Shown piece after piece: positions 63,874 through 64,000 of a stretch of DNA of 64,000 bases. Under the pieces are notes generated by a model. It ran no database searches, was not told the origin of the DNA, and saw only the letters and a list, made by a program, of their open reading frames with translations. Location: NCBI RefSeq assembly GCF_009914755.1, contig NC_060927.1, one strand, 5' to 3'. The stretch is from the human T2T-CHM13v2.0 reference genome, Homo sapiens. Made by a program: the position numbers and the translations under genes. The first letter of the stretch is position 1, and every line of letters starts with the position of its first letter.

Positions 63874-64000
63874 TTTTTTTTTTTTTTGAGACAGGGTCTC
63901 ACTCGGCCACACAGGCTGGAGTGCAGTAGCATGAACATGCCTCACTGCAGCCTCAACCTCCTGAGCTCAAGTGATCGCCCCACCTCAGTCTCCCAAGTAG
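63874..64000 (-). mobile_element. AluJ-like, cut by window edge
   Basis: PolyT followed by Alu right arm. Confidence 0.85.

Overview
Primate (recognisably human, chr3q13.33) euchromatic DNA. The left ~35.6 kb is the 5' part of GOLGB1 (giantin) on the minus strand: a CpG-island promoter, non-coding exon 1 (~35.5 kb) and nine coding exons (16867 down to 757) that splice in frame by GT-AG rules. The right end holds the last two exons and 3' UTR of IQCB1 (NPHP5), also on the minus strand. The rest is mostly Alu, L1, MaLR/ERV LTR, DNA-transposon and simple-repeat sequence. The most interesting unexplained signal is in the GOLGB1-IQCB1 intergenic interval (~43.1-47.6 kb, minus strand): an ATG-less open frame resembling the N-terminal helices of a Dbl-homology (RhoGEF) domain, preceded by several phase-compatible decayed exon-like blocks. 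This is a candidate unprocessed (unitary) RhoGEF pseudogene. Other notable items are a tandemly duplicated giantin exon pair with a shifted acceptor, a tailless 5S rRNA retrocopy with a target-site duplication (TSD), an E-box minisatellite in GOLGB1 intron 1, Golgi-stress/UPRE and RFX motifs at the promoter, and an inverted duplication of an L1 5' junction. Gene identities come from recalled protein sequences and repeat subfamilies from recalled consensus; no database search was run.
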